DNA of 64,000 bases from Candidatus Zixiibacteriota bacterium (lineage in GTDB: Bacteria > Zixibacteria > MSB-5A5 > GN15 > FEB-12), in NCBI GenBank assembly GCA_020351995.1, contig CP070674.1, positions 3,299,747 to 3,363,746 of the forward strand, read 5' to 3'. A model generated the notes under the pieces. That model did no database searches. It worked only from the letters and a program-made list of their open reading frames with translations, and was not told the origin of the DNA. Numbering within the stretch: the stretch's first letter is position 1; every line of letters begins with the position of its first letter. The translations under genes were made by a program, and so were the position numbers. Positions 46,901 through 56,148 of the stretch are shown piece by piece.

Positions 46901-47041
46901 GTTTCCATTCTTACCGTCCACAAACATCGTGAGCAGATCCGCGAAAAGCTGGGACTTAAGAACTCCAACATTAACCTCAACTCGTTTCTCCAGACTTTCC
47001 CCCAAGAGGACTCCTCATCGAGATCGGGCCGGGGCAGTTGA
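43952..47041 (+). CDS. Multi-domain PAS/GAF sensor with C-terminal LuxR-type HTH (one-component regulator)
   Basis: Cys-motif PAS, GAF-like (ELECMCG), coiled coils, GAF, PAS and GAF. C-terminal LTPRELEICTMIKAGRPSKDIAAALNVSILTVHKHREQIREKLG. Confidence 0.85.
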   Translation: MKRKNTSHFGPDSGQRAGQDLQRKLQLLDTALHHLVHPFCVIDAKDYTVLLDNSQPDLLPSKPGIKCYASIHGGTKPCSQSGELCPLELVRKTGQPTVVEHIHRGSDDEPRYFEVHGYPVLGEGGEVVSIIEFSFDITERKRSDARQQFAMKLLGVLNQSSEKTDSISAILYSVKDFTGVEAVGIRLKEGDDYPYYETSGFPAVFVEKENFLCVRDHEGNVVIDENGQAELECMCGNVIRGRTDPSQPFFTKGGSFWSNCTTDLLASTTETERQGHTRNICNASGYESVALIPLTSIDETVGLLQLNDKRKNTFTLDMIEFFEGIGASVGIALARNRAEEALRRAHDELEKRVEERTAALAASNERLKTEIAEHQQTTLTLRRTARALEVLSESNQALVRAKSESELLEKICEIIVGIGRYRLVWVGYAESGPDKRVRPVSQAGFEEGYLDTLNISWDDVERGRGPTGTAIRTGEPSISKDIMTDPRFSLWRAEASKRGYASSIALPLRSGEKVLGALNIYAAEPDAFDENEVELLKELGDDLTFGIMSLRTEAKRLAAEEALGESEARYRQLVEGTDNLVAQLNAEGIITFVNATAEKLLGLSPQECLGLSWFDLIPQEDKKRATETYAEWVRSGVRHTTIENRVIGKSGAIIDMVWAIDFHRDEDGTLLFVNGIARDITERKRTEKALHYRLEFERLITNLSTSFIHLSADDISAGINRALKAIGRFAAIDRSYIFDFSDDGTTMDNTYEWCHEGIKPQIDTLQNLSTGDFPWSMTKLRRFKAIPISRVADLPPEAAAEKEIFVKQSIQSLILVPLVYGARLLGFVGLDAVREERKWDENIESLLKIAGDMFVNAIVRARSEKELRRAHEDLLAERKALEAKNIALREVLSSFEDEKKATRTQITTNVEESLLPLLERIKERSRGPQLQLVGLLEQYLMDIASPFIDKLKSQFSRLTPRELEICTMIKAGRPSKDIAAALNVSILTVHKHREQIREKLGLKNSNINLNSFLQTFPQEDSSSRSGRGS

Positions 47042-47186
47042 CACCGACCCCTTCCGCTTATCTCTTATGGCATTGTTAGATAGTAGCTTAGTGGTCGCGC
47101 AGCATTCCCGGCCCATGCAAATCGGGACTATTTACATATATTTTTTGCGTATTTTTAGTACGTAATATCACCCCAACTTACCCTCA

Positions 47187-47215
47187 TTGACAGACTATAA
47201 TAGTCGGGTTATGAT
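47187..47215 (+). promoter_or_regulatory. Sigma-70-like promoter candidate: TTGACA-N17-TATGAT
   Basis: Read directly: TTGACA 47187-47192, a 17-nt spacer and TATGAT 47210-47215, about 60 nt upstream of the ECF sigma gene. Confidence 0.4.
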
Positions 47216-47277
47216 AGGTGTAGATTTCGCAGGATCTAAGACTACTCCGTCACTTTTAAACAGGAGAGGGTGATTTT

Positions 47278-47853
47278 TTGAGAAGTGCAGCTGACAGAAA
47301 GAGATTTGAGTTCGAGGCTTTGCCGGCCATGGATTCTTTGTACCGGTCAGCTTTGCGGCTGACCCGCAATTCGTCGGATGCCGAAGACCTCGTTCAGGAG
47401 ACTTTCGTGAAGGCCTACCGGTTCTGGGACAAGTTTGAACCGGGGTCGAATTGTCGCGCCTGGCTGTTTAGAATCATGACTAACGTATTCATCAACGAAT
47501 ATCGTTCTCGCTCCAGATCACCAGTTTCGGCGAGCACTGATGAACTGGATGACAGGTTTCTTTATGGAGCGGGCGATGTGGCGAACCAGATGTCGGACCC
47601 GGAGAGAGATCTCGCCTCGCGCGTTCTAATGCAGGATGTGCACCGCGCCATAGATAGCTTACCGGATGACTTCCGGCTGGTGATCGTGCTGTCGTTTATT
47701 GAGCGCTTTTCTTACAAGGAAATCGCGGATATAACGGGGCTGCATCTTGGAACAGTGAAGTCGCGGCTTCATCGCGGCCGCAAGCTTTGCCAGCGCCGAC
47801 TTCTTCGATACGCCCGGGAATACGGATATCCGACCGAGCTGGCGGCAAGTTGA
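47278..47853 (+). CDS. ECF-type RNA polymerase sigma factor
   Basis: AEDLVQETFVKAYRFWDKF...AWLFRIMTNVFINEYR (region 2) and FSYKEIADITGLHLGTVKSRLHRGRKL (region 4). TTG start after AGGAGAGGG. Confidence 0.85.
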   Translation: MRSAADRKRFEFEALPAMDSLYRSALRLTRNSSDAEDLVQETFVKAYRFWDKFEPGSNCRAWLFRIMTNVFINEYRSRSRSPVSASTDELDDRFLYGAGDVANQMSDPERDLASRVLMQDVHRAIDSLPDDFRLVIVLSFIERFSYKEIADITGLHLGTVKSRLHRGRKLCQRRLLRYAREYGYPTELAAS

Positions 47854-47998
47854 GAGAGCGTGAGCCAAGGCGAGGACAGGATTACAGCAAGGGAACAGGA
47901 CAAATTAGAGCGAAAGCTTGAAATAGAAAAATGGTAGAAGGGGACTGCAGGTAGAGTCGACTAACCTCCCGGGGAGTCGCAGGTGTTCACATAGGAAA

Positions 47999-48028
47999 GG
48001 GCGGTTTGTAACCGCCCTTTTTCTTTTG
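47999..48028 (+). terminator. Rho-independent terminator
   Basis: GGGCGGTT-TGTA-AACCGCCC followed by TTTTTCTTTT. Confidence 0.7.
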
Positions 48029-48251
48029 CAGTGGTGGCCGGCTGGCCAGTTTATGCCGCAGATTTATTCCGTACCCGGACTGTATCAGTCCTGACAATAA
48101 TTGTTGAATTGCTATTGACCACATTGGTAAATTGGTGGCATCGGGCAGGCTCAATCAATTTAGACCAACAAGAAATGCCAGCCTGCGTACGTTCGTATAG
48201 TACATCTGTATAGATGATGATCATTTGCTGGTAAATAGAAAAGGAGTGACA

Positions 48252-48848
48252 ATGAAGAAGCTTTTAGTATTTGCCTTGCTCGCCATCGTGCCGCTGGGAT
48301 GCGGCGGGGGTAAAACGGTAACCCGGCTCGACACCGAGACTGTCACCGACCTAAGCGGTAAGTGGAACGACACCGATTCGCGCCTGGTGGCTGAAGAGAT
48401 GATATCCGATTGTCTTTCCCGTCCATGGCTGACCGACTTCGCGGCCACCGCGGGGGCCAAGCCGGTGGTTACTGTTGGCACCATACGTAATCTTTCCAGC
48501 GAGCATATAGCCATGGAGACCTTCATTTCCGACTTTGAGCGGGAGCTGATAAACTCGAACCAAATTCGCTTCGTAGCCAGCAAGGAAGCCCGGGCGGAGG
48601 TTCGGGAGGAGCGCTTCGATCAGCAGGAATTCGCCTCCCGCGAGACAGCCAAGCGACTGCGCGAGGAAACCGGGGCCGACTTTATGCTTCAGGGCGCAAT
48701 TAAGACCATCACTGATCAGGAGGAAGGACGGCAGGTTGTTTTCTACCAGACTGATCTCGAGCTGATAAATATCGAGAGTATGGAAAAAGTCTGGATCGGT
48801 ACCAAGAAGATAAAGAAAGGAATCGCACAGAGCGGAACGAAATGGTAA
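48252..48848 (+). CDS. LpoB-like (penicillin-binding-protein-activator family) lipoprotein
   Basis: AAGGAG RBS and MKKLLVFALLAIVPLGC lipobox. DLSGKWNDTDSRLVAEEMISDCL resembles the LpoB/COG3417 family as recalled. Confidence 0.5.
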   Translation: MKKLLVFALLAIVPLGCGGGKTVTRLDTETVTDLSGKWNDTDSRLVAEEMISDCLSRPWLTDFAATAGAKPVVTVGTIRNLSSEHIAMETFISDFERELINSNQIRFVASKEARAEVREERFDQQEFASRETAKRLREETGADFMLQGAIKTITDQEEGRQVVFYQTDLELINIESMEKVWIGTKKIKKGIAQSGTKW

Positions 48849-48854
48849 GGGCCG

Positions 48855-50252
48855 GTGAGATTTAGAACTGGCATACTAAACTGCGCCATCGTAACGGCCC
48901 TGACTCTGCTCTGCGGCTGTGGGTCCGTTTCCACGAAGCGGAAGTTCTACGAGCCGATCACGGCTGAGTTGCATTCGGGCAAACCCGGGTCATCAGCGGC
49001 CATGCTTGAGCGGGCTCGCGAGGAAGACGAGTACGGCGAAAAAGACCGCCTGGTGTATTTTCTCGATGCCGGCCTTCTTAATCACTATGCTGACAGTTAT
49101 CAGGTCAGCATCGACAAACTTCAGCTGGCCGAAGCCGCGGCCGAGGAGCTATTTACCAAGAGCATCTCAAAAGCGGCCCTGTCCCTACTGCTGAACGACA
49201 ATGTCCTGGACTATTCCGGCGAAGACTACGAGATTCTGTACGCCAACCTGATCAATGCTCTCAACTACATACATCAGGATAGATTTGACGATGCCTTTGT
49301 TGAGATTCGCCGGGCCAATCTCAAGTTAGACCTGCTGGAGCAGAAGTACGGTGATGCCGCGGCCGAATTCCAGCGGGGGTTGGAACAGGACACTCACCAG
49401 GTTAACATAACTTTTGAAGCGGAGAAAGTGCGTTTCCAGAATGACGCTTTTGCCCGGTATTTGAGCATGCATATGTATGCCGCCGACGGCAAGATGGACG
49501 ATGCCCGCATAGACCATGAGTATCTAACCAAAGCCTTTCAGACCCAGCCACATATTTATGATTTCCCCATGCCGGAGGTTAAGTATTACTCCGAGGATAA
49601 ATCTGTATTGAGCATTGTCGGTCTGGCCGGCCTTTGCCCTATCAAAGAGCCGCTCCGCCTAAGAATAAGGACCGACAAACAGCTTAATCTCGTGCAGGTT
49701 CTTTACGATGGCCCGGAGAAAGAGGATGTCGAGTACGGGCATCTGCCGATGAGAGTATCCGAAGATTACTATTTCAAGTTCGCTATTCCGGTTCTGGTTC
49801 AAAGACCTTCGAGAGTTGGCCGAATAAAGGTTCTTGTGAACGGCGAATCCATCGGCCAGCTGCAGCTTTTGGAGGATATCGGAAAGGTGGCGGAGGAGAC
49901 CTTCAGCGCCAAGAAATCGCTCATTTACCTGCGGTCGCTCGCTCGGGCTGTAGTGAAGGGCTTAGCCGCACATAGAATGAAAGAAAAGAATGATGACGGC
50001 AATTTCGGAGGCTGGTTGAAAAAAGTGGCCATTGATGTGGCCACCGATATCACCGAGGACGCGGATCTGCGTTGCGGCCATTTTCTGCCGGGAATGATCT
50101 ACGTAGGTGATTTCGAAATTGAACCGGGGACCTACGACATAACCATCGAGTTTTACGACACTTACGGCAACTTCATAGAGCGTACCGACTACGAGGCCTA
50201 TCAGTTGCAGGAACGCGGACTGAATATGCTGCGGGCGTATTCGGTAAAATAA
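48855..50252 (+). CDS. Lipoprotein, function unknown (465 aa)
   Basis: Lipobox LTLLCGC. Adjacent to and probably co-transcribed with the LpoB-like gene. Confidence 0.5.
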   Translation: MRFRTGILNCAIVTALTLLCGCGSVSTKRKFYEPITAELHSGKPGSSAAMLERAREEDEYGEKDRLVYFLDAGLLNHYADSYQVSIDKLQLAEAAAEELFTKSISKAALSLLLNDNVLDYSGEDYEILYANLINALNYIHQDRFDDAFVEIRRANLKLDLLEQKYGDAAAEFQRGLEQDTHQVNITFEAEKVRFQNDAFARYLSMHMYAADGKMDDARIDHEYLTKAFQTQPHIYDFPMPEVKYYSEDKSVLSIVGLAGLCPIKEPLRLRIRTDKQLNLVQVLYDGPEKEDVEYGHLPMRVSEDYYFKFAIPVLVQRPSRVGRIKVLVNGESIGQLQLLEDIGKVAEETFSAKKSLIYLRSLARAVVKGLAAHRMKEKNDDGNFGGWLKKVAIDVATDITEDADLRCGHFLPGMIYVGDFEIEPGTYDITIEFYDTYGNFIERTDYEAYQLQERGLNMLRAYSVK

Positions 50253-50255
50253 GAA

Positions 50256-51992
50256 CTACCAGCTTCCGCCGCCGCCGCCTCCACCACCGCCGCCGGAGAA
50301 CCCACCTCCACCACCGCCGCCGCTTCCACGCGGCGACGAAAAGGTAGCCGCACCCAGACTGCTGGTGACCTGTCCGATAGTACGCGAAAAGGCGGCCGGA
50401 CTGAACGATCGGAACCCGCCCGGAGAGACATACCACTGAGGCGGCTCACCGTATATACCCTCGAAAGCCTCCGCCCAGTGATCGACAACATCGAGCGCGA
50501 TGGCATAGGGCATGTACTTATAAAAAATGTCCTTGCCCATGCGCTCGAGGCGGTCTTTGTCGGCACGGTTCATGAATTCCTGAAAGCCGAGCACGTGAAA
50601 GTGTGCCCGCGCGCCGGCCCTGGTTTTAACCGGCATGGCCCTGGAAAAGGCCAGAACAATTCCGCCGACCAATACCGAGACGATCACGCCGCGCATGCCA
50701 AGCTCCCCCAGGCTGAATTTCGCGATCAGGCCGGCGGCGACGAAGAATGCGATGGCTATGGTCACATACGTAGAGCGCACGGTGGCAGGGCTTATGTCGA
50801 AATACTTCTTTGCCTTGAGACCCGACCAAAGGGTCTTGCGAAGGGATTTCAGATTCTTATAGAACTTGTTTTTCAGTTTCGACACCATTACAATTGTACC
50901 GTAACCGGTAAACAGCGCCTCCATCAGCTGCTTTTCAAACGGGCTGATCTCACTGTCGGGTTCTTTCAGCTTGATGAGTTTGTAGTCGATGGAGTCGAAG
51001 AGTGAAATGAAGCCCTCCTTTTTTGTCTCTTCTATCTGCAGGTAGCCTTTAACGGCCAGTCCGATAAGCGCACCCGTCAGGTCCCGGGCGTCCATCCTTT
51101 CATCGATCAGCGAACCCACTTCGGCAGCGGACAGTTCCTTTCCATCAAATATGGGTGGTTCATACATCACCACCACTGACTCCCGCACCTGAGGGTCGCG
51201 GCCCTTGCGATACCATTGATTGAACATGAAAATCAGGACTATGACCGGAATGATATAGATCCAGTTTTCGGCGAGATTGTATCGTATGAGAAACTGTTGC
51301 CACGCCGAAGGCGGTCTGACAATGCCTTTGTCCCATCCGAAGGCCACCGTCAGACCCTCGCGGGCTCTCAATGGACGAAGGGCCGTAAAGGTGGCACTGT
51401 TGCCGACACTTTCGTAGTCACAGTCGGATTCGCGGCGTCCGTAAGAACCGGTATAGCAGTTAGTAAGTAACTGACTGCTCAGTACTTCCGATACCAGGTT
51501 TAGCGTCGCAGTGGCCTGTTCAATAGGCACGTCCCAGTAGTTGCCGGTAATATTCCAGTATAGCTCATCGTGGTCCTCGAAAAACATCAGCGCATTCTCG
51601 ACGCGGTAATAGATAACATATATTTGTTTGCCCCGGACATAAACATCGGGGTCGCCTATGCGAACATTGACAACGCTCCCCTTTCGGCTCACCTTATATT
51701 TCCACTTGCTGTCATCTTCCTTCCTGACATCGAGGATCTTTATGGGCATACGGACGGTCCGGCCCAGTTCGTTTTCGTACTTATATGGAATTTCGCGGTA
51801 AATTCCATGCCGCTGCCGGTCGAAGGTCAGTTCAATCGTTTCCCTGACGACTATGGAACCATCTTCGTGAATGTTTATGTCAGCGTGGAAATTATTTATG
51901 ATGAAATATTCACGCGCGCCGGCCCGCGATGATAACCCGACTGTGATCACCAAGGCAACAGCGGATAGCCAAAGGAGTAACTTCTTGGACAA
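50256..51992 (-). CDS. DUF2207-family membrane protein with poly-Gly C-terminal tail
   Basis: Signal peptide, extracytoplasmic N-terminal domain and central TM helices. The C-terminus reads GSGGGGGGGFSGGGGGGGGGGSW, typical of this family. It pairs with LemA. Confidence 0.7.
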   Translation of the reverse strand: MSKKLLLWLSAVALVITVGLSSRAGAREYFIINNFHADINIHEDGSIVVRETIELTFDRQRHGIYREIPYKYENELGRTVRMPIKILDVRKEDDSKWKYKVSRKGSVVNVRIGDPDVYVRGKQIYVIYYRVENALMFFEDHDELYWNITGNYWDVPIEQATATLNLVSEVLSSQLLTNCYTGSYGRRESDCDYESVGNSATFTALRPLRAREGLTVAFGWDKGIVRPPSAWQQFLIRYNLAENWIYIIPVIVLIFMFNQWYRKGRDPQVRESVVVMYEPPIFDGKELSAAEVGSLIDERMDARDLTGALIGLAVKGYLQIEETKKEGFISLFDSIDYKLIKLKEPDSEISPFEKQLMEALFTGYGTIVMVSKLKNKFYKNLKSLRKTLWSGLKAKKYFDISPATVRSTYVTIAIAFFVAAGLIAKFSLGELGMRGVIVSVLVGGIVLAFSRAMPVKTRAGARAHFHVLGFQEFMNRADKDRLERMGKDIFYKYMPYAIALDVVDHWAEAFEGIYGEPPQWYVSPGGFRSFSPAAFSRTIGQVTSSLGAATFSSPRGSGGGGGGGFSGGGGGGGGGGSW

Positions 51993-52010
51993 GGTTTCCC
52001 CCTTTGTATT

Positions 52011-52568
52011 TCAGCTCGAAAAATCGGGCTTGATTGGTTTTCTCTCTTCGACGGAATCGAGCTGGAAAAACTCTTCCTGTTTGAATCCGAACATTGACGC
52101 AATAATATTGGACGGAAACGACTCCACCGCGATATTGAGGTCGCGGACCACCGCATTATAGTACCGGCGAGCGGATTCGATACCGTTTTCAAGATCCTGA
52201 AACTGTGCTTGAAGTTTGACGAAATTCTCGTTGGCTTTAAGTTCGGGGTAAGCTTCAGCCACGGCAAACAGACTTTTGAGGGTTTGGCTGAACATGTTGT
52301 CTTTCTCGGCGGCTTCTCGGGGAGAGCCGGCCTTCATAGCCTGAGAGCGCGCCTCCGTCACCTTTTCGAAAACGGATTTCTCGTGCGCGGCATAGCCCTT
52401 GACAGTCTCGACCAGGCTGGGGACCAGATCAAAGCGTTTCTTGAGCTGAACATCAATGTCTGACCACGATGACCGGGCCGTGTTTCTGAGTTTTACCAGC
52501 CGGTTGTATATAGTGGCGACAATGATTACGATTAGCGCGATAATAGCAACAATGATAATCAGTTCCAT
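52011..52568 (-). CDS. lemA: LemA family protein
   Basis: N-terminal TM, then YNRLVKLRN...AHEKSVFEKVTEAR...AEAYPELKANENFVKLQ. Confidence 0.85.
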   Translation of the reverse strand: MELIIIVAIIALIVIIVATIYNRLVKLRNTARSSWSDIDVQLKKRFDLVPSLVETVKGYAAHEKSVFEKVTEARSQAMKAGSPREAAEKDNMFSQTLKSLFAVAEAYPELKANENFVKLQAQFQDLENGIESARRYYNAVVRDLNIAVESFPSNIIASMFGFKQEEFFQLDSVEERKPIKPDFSS

Positions 52569-52677
52569 GGATTCCTCCGGGGTGTGGGATTATTCTGAAG
52601 GCTATGCTTTTCAAACCTGTTTGTCAAGGAGTCTGTGCGGCGACACCGATCAGAAGCTGGATGGTGCCATAGGTCGA

Positions 52678-52959
52678 CTAAGGAAGTATTTCTACACCTT
52701 TCCAGAAGGCGATGTAGTCTTTGATATCGCTGGCGGCATCTTTCGGCTGCGGGTAGTACCAGGCGGCGTCACGGTTCTCCTGTCCCCCGACAACAACAGA
52801 GTGGTAATAGGCTTTTCCCTTCCATGGGCAGAGCGACTGGGTGTCGCTGGGGACAAGATATTCTCTCTTGATTGACTCGGGTGGGAAATAATGATTGCCT
52901 TCAACAGCAACGGTTCTATTTGATTCGGCTATCACGACGCCGTTCCATACGGCTTTCAT
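52678..52959 (-). CDS. DUF427 domain protein
   Basis: GGAGGA RBS before ATG 52959. MKAVWNGVVIAESNRTVAVEGNHYFPPESI...CPWKGKAYYH is the DUF427 pattern. The longer track ORF (to 53112) is an upstream run-on. Confidence 0.7.
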   Translation of the reverse strand: MKAVWNGVVIAESNRTVAVEGNHYFPPESIKREYLVPSDTQSLCPWKGKAYYHSVVVGGQENRDAAWYYPQPKDAASDIKDYIAFWKGVEILP

Positions 52960-53085
52960 CGGTCCTCCTTTGTGTATCCTGCGTGTCCGAATAAATACGT
53001 CGCAATTTTGACAGACGTTTAAACCTCTGTATGCCGATGAATCACAATATGGAACAAGCCGTGACCCGCCGCGGGACGACCGACA

Positions 53086-53124
53086 ATTAAGAAACCCCCG
53101 CGATCTTAACAAAACCGCGGGGGT
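53086..53124 (-). terminator. Rho-independent terminator after the FG-GAP gene
   Basis: ACCCCCGCG (53094-53102) pairs with CGCGGGGGT (53116-53124). On the minus strand the hairpin is followed by UUUCUUAAUU. Confidence 0.55.
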
Positions 53125-53150
53125 TGGATTTCATTCTGTGACAGGGGAAA

Positions 53151-55634
53151 TCATTTCAGCAGAAGCATCTTTTTGGCCTCGAGATAATCACCGGCCTTGA
53201 GCTGGTAGAAATAGATTCCGGTCGAAACCGGTTGTCCGCTGTCGGTGCGGCCATCCCAGACCACCTGATGAGTTCCCGCAGGCCGGACACCTTCTTGAAA
53301 CAGCCTTACCCTCTGGCCGAGCAGATTGTACACGGTAATCGTGACGTCGGCCTTCGACGGCAGGTTGTACTGGATAGTCGTGAACGGGTTGAACGGATTG
53401 GGGTAGTTCTGTGAAAGGCCGTACTGGCCGGGTAGATTGTCGACAACCCATGGTTCAACAACGTCGACGGCCAGCAGGCGATTGGGAAACACGGAAATAT
53501 TGTCGTGGTTATAGTTCGACACGGCAACATCGGGGTAAGTGTCGCCATCGAAATCGGCGATAGCCAGACCTTCGGAATCATCGCTGGTAATGCCGTAGTG
53601 TTTGGCCGGAGCGAAACCTCCGAGTCCGTCGCCGAAGAGGATCGAGAAGCTGTATGACTCGGTGTTGAGCACCACGATATCTTTGGCACCGTCGGCATCA
53701 AAGTCCGACACGCCGATTTCATACTGCTCATTGCCAGCGTAGAAGTAGGCGTCGGGGTGAAAGCCTGTGCCGCCGTTGTTCATTATGACACAGACTTCGT
53801 GGGTATCGTAGCTGCCCGCGATGATATCCGGGAAACCATCGTTGTCGAGATCGTCGACACAGACCTGGTAAGGGTCATACATAGTACCACCGCCAACCGG
53901 TACACCGGGTGCGAAGGTCCCGCCATTGTTGTAAAACACCTCAGTGCAGTTGGCGGAGCCGTTGGGGACCACGAGGTCGACCCAGCCGTTATTGTCAAAA
54001 TCACCACCGTCGATGGCACTGTGATTAACAGCAGTCGCGGTAGCATAATTGGCCGGGGGCTGAAAAGTCCCGTTGCCATTATTGAACAACACGGAGATGG
54101 TCTGGCCGGTCCAGTTAACGGTGGCGATGTCATTGCTTCCATCATTGTTAAGGTCCTGAACAAAGATGCCCACGGGTCTGGTGCCGGCTGGGTATGTGAG
54201 CGGGGGGGCAAATAATCCGCCACCGACGCCGTGATAGACGGAGATAGAGGTACCAGCGACATCAGAGTAACCGACTATCAGGTCATCCCCAGGCTGCCCA
54301 TCAACATCCATGGCAACGATTTCACATGGGGAGTTGAGCGTGCCCCAACGGTAGACGCTGGTAAAGTGGCCCATGCCATCACCCAGATAGACAAGAACGC
54401 TGTCGTTTACCCAGTCAAGAGTCGCTACGTCCATGTTGCCGTCATTATCGAAGTCGGACCGGCATAACGACACGGGACCGTTCCAATAGGGCCCGGTGCC
54501 GGTCTGAATGGGATATAAGAATTGCCCGTTGCCGTTCGGGTTAAGCATGACGGCGATATAATCTCCGGCATCGTCGGAACTGCCGGCACGACCGACGACC
54601 GCCAGATCGTCGTTACCGTCATTATCAAGGTCGCCCACTGCGAGTCCCTCGCTATATTCCCCCACCCAGTAAACGTTAACGCCGGTGAAGGCACCGCTGC
54701 CATTGTTGAAGTAAACGTATGTCGAGTCGTCTGATATGACTATGTCGGGGCCGTTGGCGCCGTCAAAATCGGAGGCGGTCGGGCAGTAGCCGTTGCCCAG
54801 GGTGCCAACCCCGCCGCCGGTGCTAAAATTTCCCGAGCCATCGTTGGTGTAGAGGGTGAGAGCCTGGTAAAGGGTTATAACGATTTCAATATCCCCGCCA
54901 CCATCAAAGTCAGCGGCACACATGCCGCGAGGAGCGCTGGCAAGCAGACTGGGAGAACCCACGGTATAGCCGCCGGAGCCATCGTTGAGCAGGACCCTCC
55001 AGTTGGGCGCCGCGGTACCTACGGCAATGTCCGGGCCGTTAGTACCGTCGAAATCGGCCACAGCCATTACGCTCTGAGAAGTACCCACTGTATATGAGTT
55101 GTCGAAAGTGAAATTGCCCGAACCGTCGTTTTCCCATACCGAAAGATCGGTATACGACCCATCGTTATGAGCCACGATCAGATCCAAATCGGCGTCGCCG
55201 TCGACAAGGGCCAGTCTTATCGTCTGGGGAGAATTAACCAGACCGGAAACCTGGGCTGCTGTGGCGAAGGTCCCGTCTCCATTATTGTCGAGGGTATAGA
55301 CATTGTTCCCGGTGGCAACTAGGAGCTCAATGTCGGCATCACCATCGATATTGGCAGCCTGGATATCGTACTGGTAGGTGCCGATGGTGTAGAACGCGGC
55401 GGGCTGGTAGTCACCGCCGCCCTTACCGATGAGAACAGCTATACTGTCCCCGGTATAATGAGCGCAAGCCATGTCATTGATATTGTCGCCGTTGAAATCG
55501 GCGATGGCGATTCGATACGGTTCAAACGCGACGTTGTAGTGAGCGCTGGCCTGGAACAGCACCCCATCGATGGCCGCACTGGCGCCAAATGCCAGCAGGG
55601 CGCAAATCACCGCTGCCATTAACAACGTTTTCAT
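53151..55634 (-). CDS. Secreted FG-GAP/VCBS repeat protein with C-terminal T9SS-type (FlgD-Ig-like) sorting domain
   Basis: AGGAGG RBS and signal peptide MKTLLMAAVICALLAFGASAA. Many DFDGDG/DxDxDGxxD FG-GAP repeats. C-terminal LSQNYPNPFNP...GIYFYQLKAGDYLEAKKMLLLK. Confidence 0.8.
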   Translation of the reverse strand: MKTLLMAAVICALLAFGASAAIDGVLFQASAHYNVAFEPYRIAIADFNGDNINDMACAHYTGDSIAVLIGKGGGDYQPAAFYTIGTYQYDIQAANIDGDADIELLVATGNNVYTLDNNGDGTFATAAQVSGLVNSPQTIRLALVDGDADLDLIVAHNDGSYTDLSVWENDGSGNFTFDNSYTVGTSQSVMAVADFDGTNGPDIAVGTAAPNWRVLLNDGSGGYTVGSPSLLASAPRGMCAADFDGGGDIEIVITLYQALTLYTNDGSGNFSTGGGVGTLGNGYCPTASDFDGANGPDIVISDDSTYVYFNNGSGAFTGVNVYWVGEYSEGLAVGDLDNDGNDDLAVVGRAGSSDDAGDYIAVMLNPNGNGQFLYPIQTGTGPYWNGPVSLCRSDFDNDGNMDVATLDWVNDSVLVYLGDGMGHFTSVYRWGTLNSPCEIVAMDVDGQPGDDLIVGYSDVAGTSISVYHGVGGGLFAPPLTYPAGTRPVGIFVQDLNNDGSNDIATVNWTGQTISVLFNNGNGTFQPPANYATATAVNHSAIDGGDFDNNGWVDLVVPNGSANCTEVFYNNGGTFAPGVPVGGGTMYDPYQVCVDDLDNDGFPDIIAGSYDTHEVCVIMNNGGTGFHPDAYFYAGNEQYEIGVSDFDADGAKDIVVLNTESYSFSILFGDGLGGFAPAKHYGITSDDSEGLAIADFDGDTYPDVAVSNYNHDNISVFPNRLLAVDVVEPWVVDNLPGQYGLSQNYPNPFNPFTTIQYNLPSKADVTITVYNLLGQRVRLFQEGVRPAGTHQVVWDGRTDSGQPVSTGIYFYQLKAGDYLEAKKMLLLK

Positions 55635-56148
55635 GGTTCCTCCTAAACCTCTTGTTTTATTGAATATCTCATAGATTTCTCGATTGTTGTCAGTCATCAG
55701 CGTCGTTGGGACAGCCCCTGCAGAGTTGGGGTGAAATCATTCACAATTTGGCGAAACGACCCGGTATTGTCAACCAGAATCATCCCGAACGGGGATTCCG
55801 GCCCATCGGCGGCACTTTCGAACTCTCAAGAGGCTTTTCGAAGGGCGCGACCGCGGGTCAAATGCGACCGGCAGGGATCTGCATTGCGAAAAAACAGGGA
55901 ACATCCCTCGACGGTAGCCGTTATGAACTAAATTTTTACCTTGCTTTTATGGGAAGTTTAAGCGATATTTGGGGATAGGTGTGCCCACAGCACGTAAGAG
56001 CAAATCAATTATTACACACATAAATAGACTTTTGTTTAACCAGTCATAAAATACGTCACGGGAGGTGATATAGGGCCTAATTGTAATCGTTTATGCAATC
56101 AAGAATTTAGATTGCGTCGAACTTTCAATAGTGTGCACAGGAGGAAAA

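Noticed and set aside
47860-47937. 25-codon GTG ORF (VSQGEDRITAREQDKLERKLEIEKW) directly after the ECF sigma gene, considered as a mini anti-sigma factor
   Set aside because: It has no RBS, TM segment or sigma-binding motif, and it is too short and too charged. This could be tested only by conservation, which I cannot assess.
55706-55978. 90-aa ORF in the divergent region between the FG-GAP and S8 protease genes
   Set aside because: It has no RBS and a low-complexity Gly/Arg-rich product. It occupies what is more plausibly the shared promoter region.
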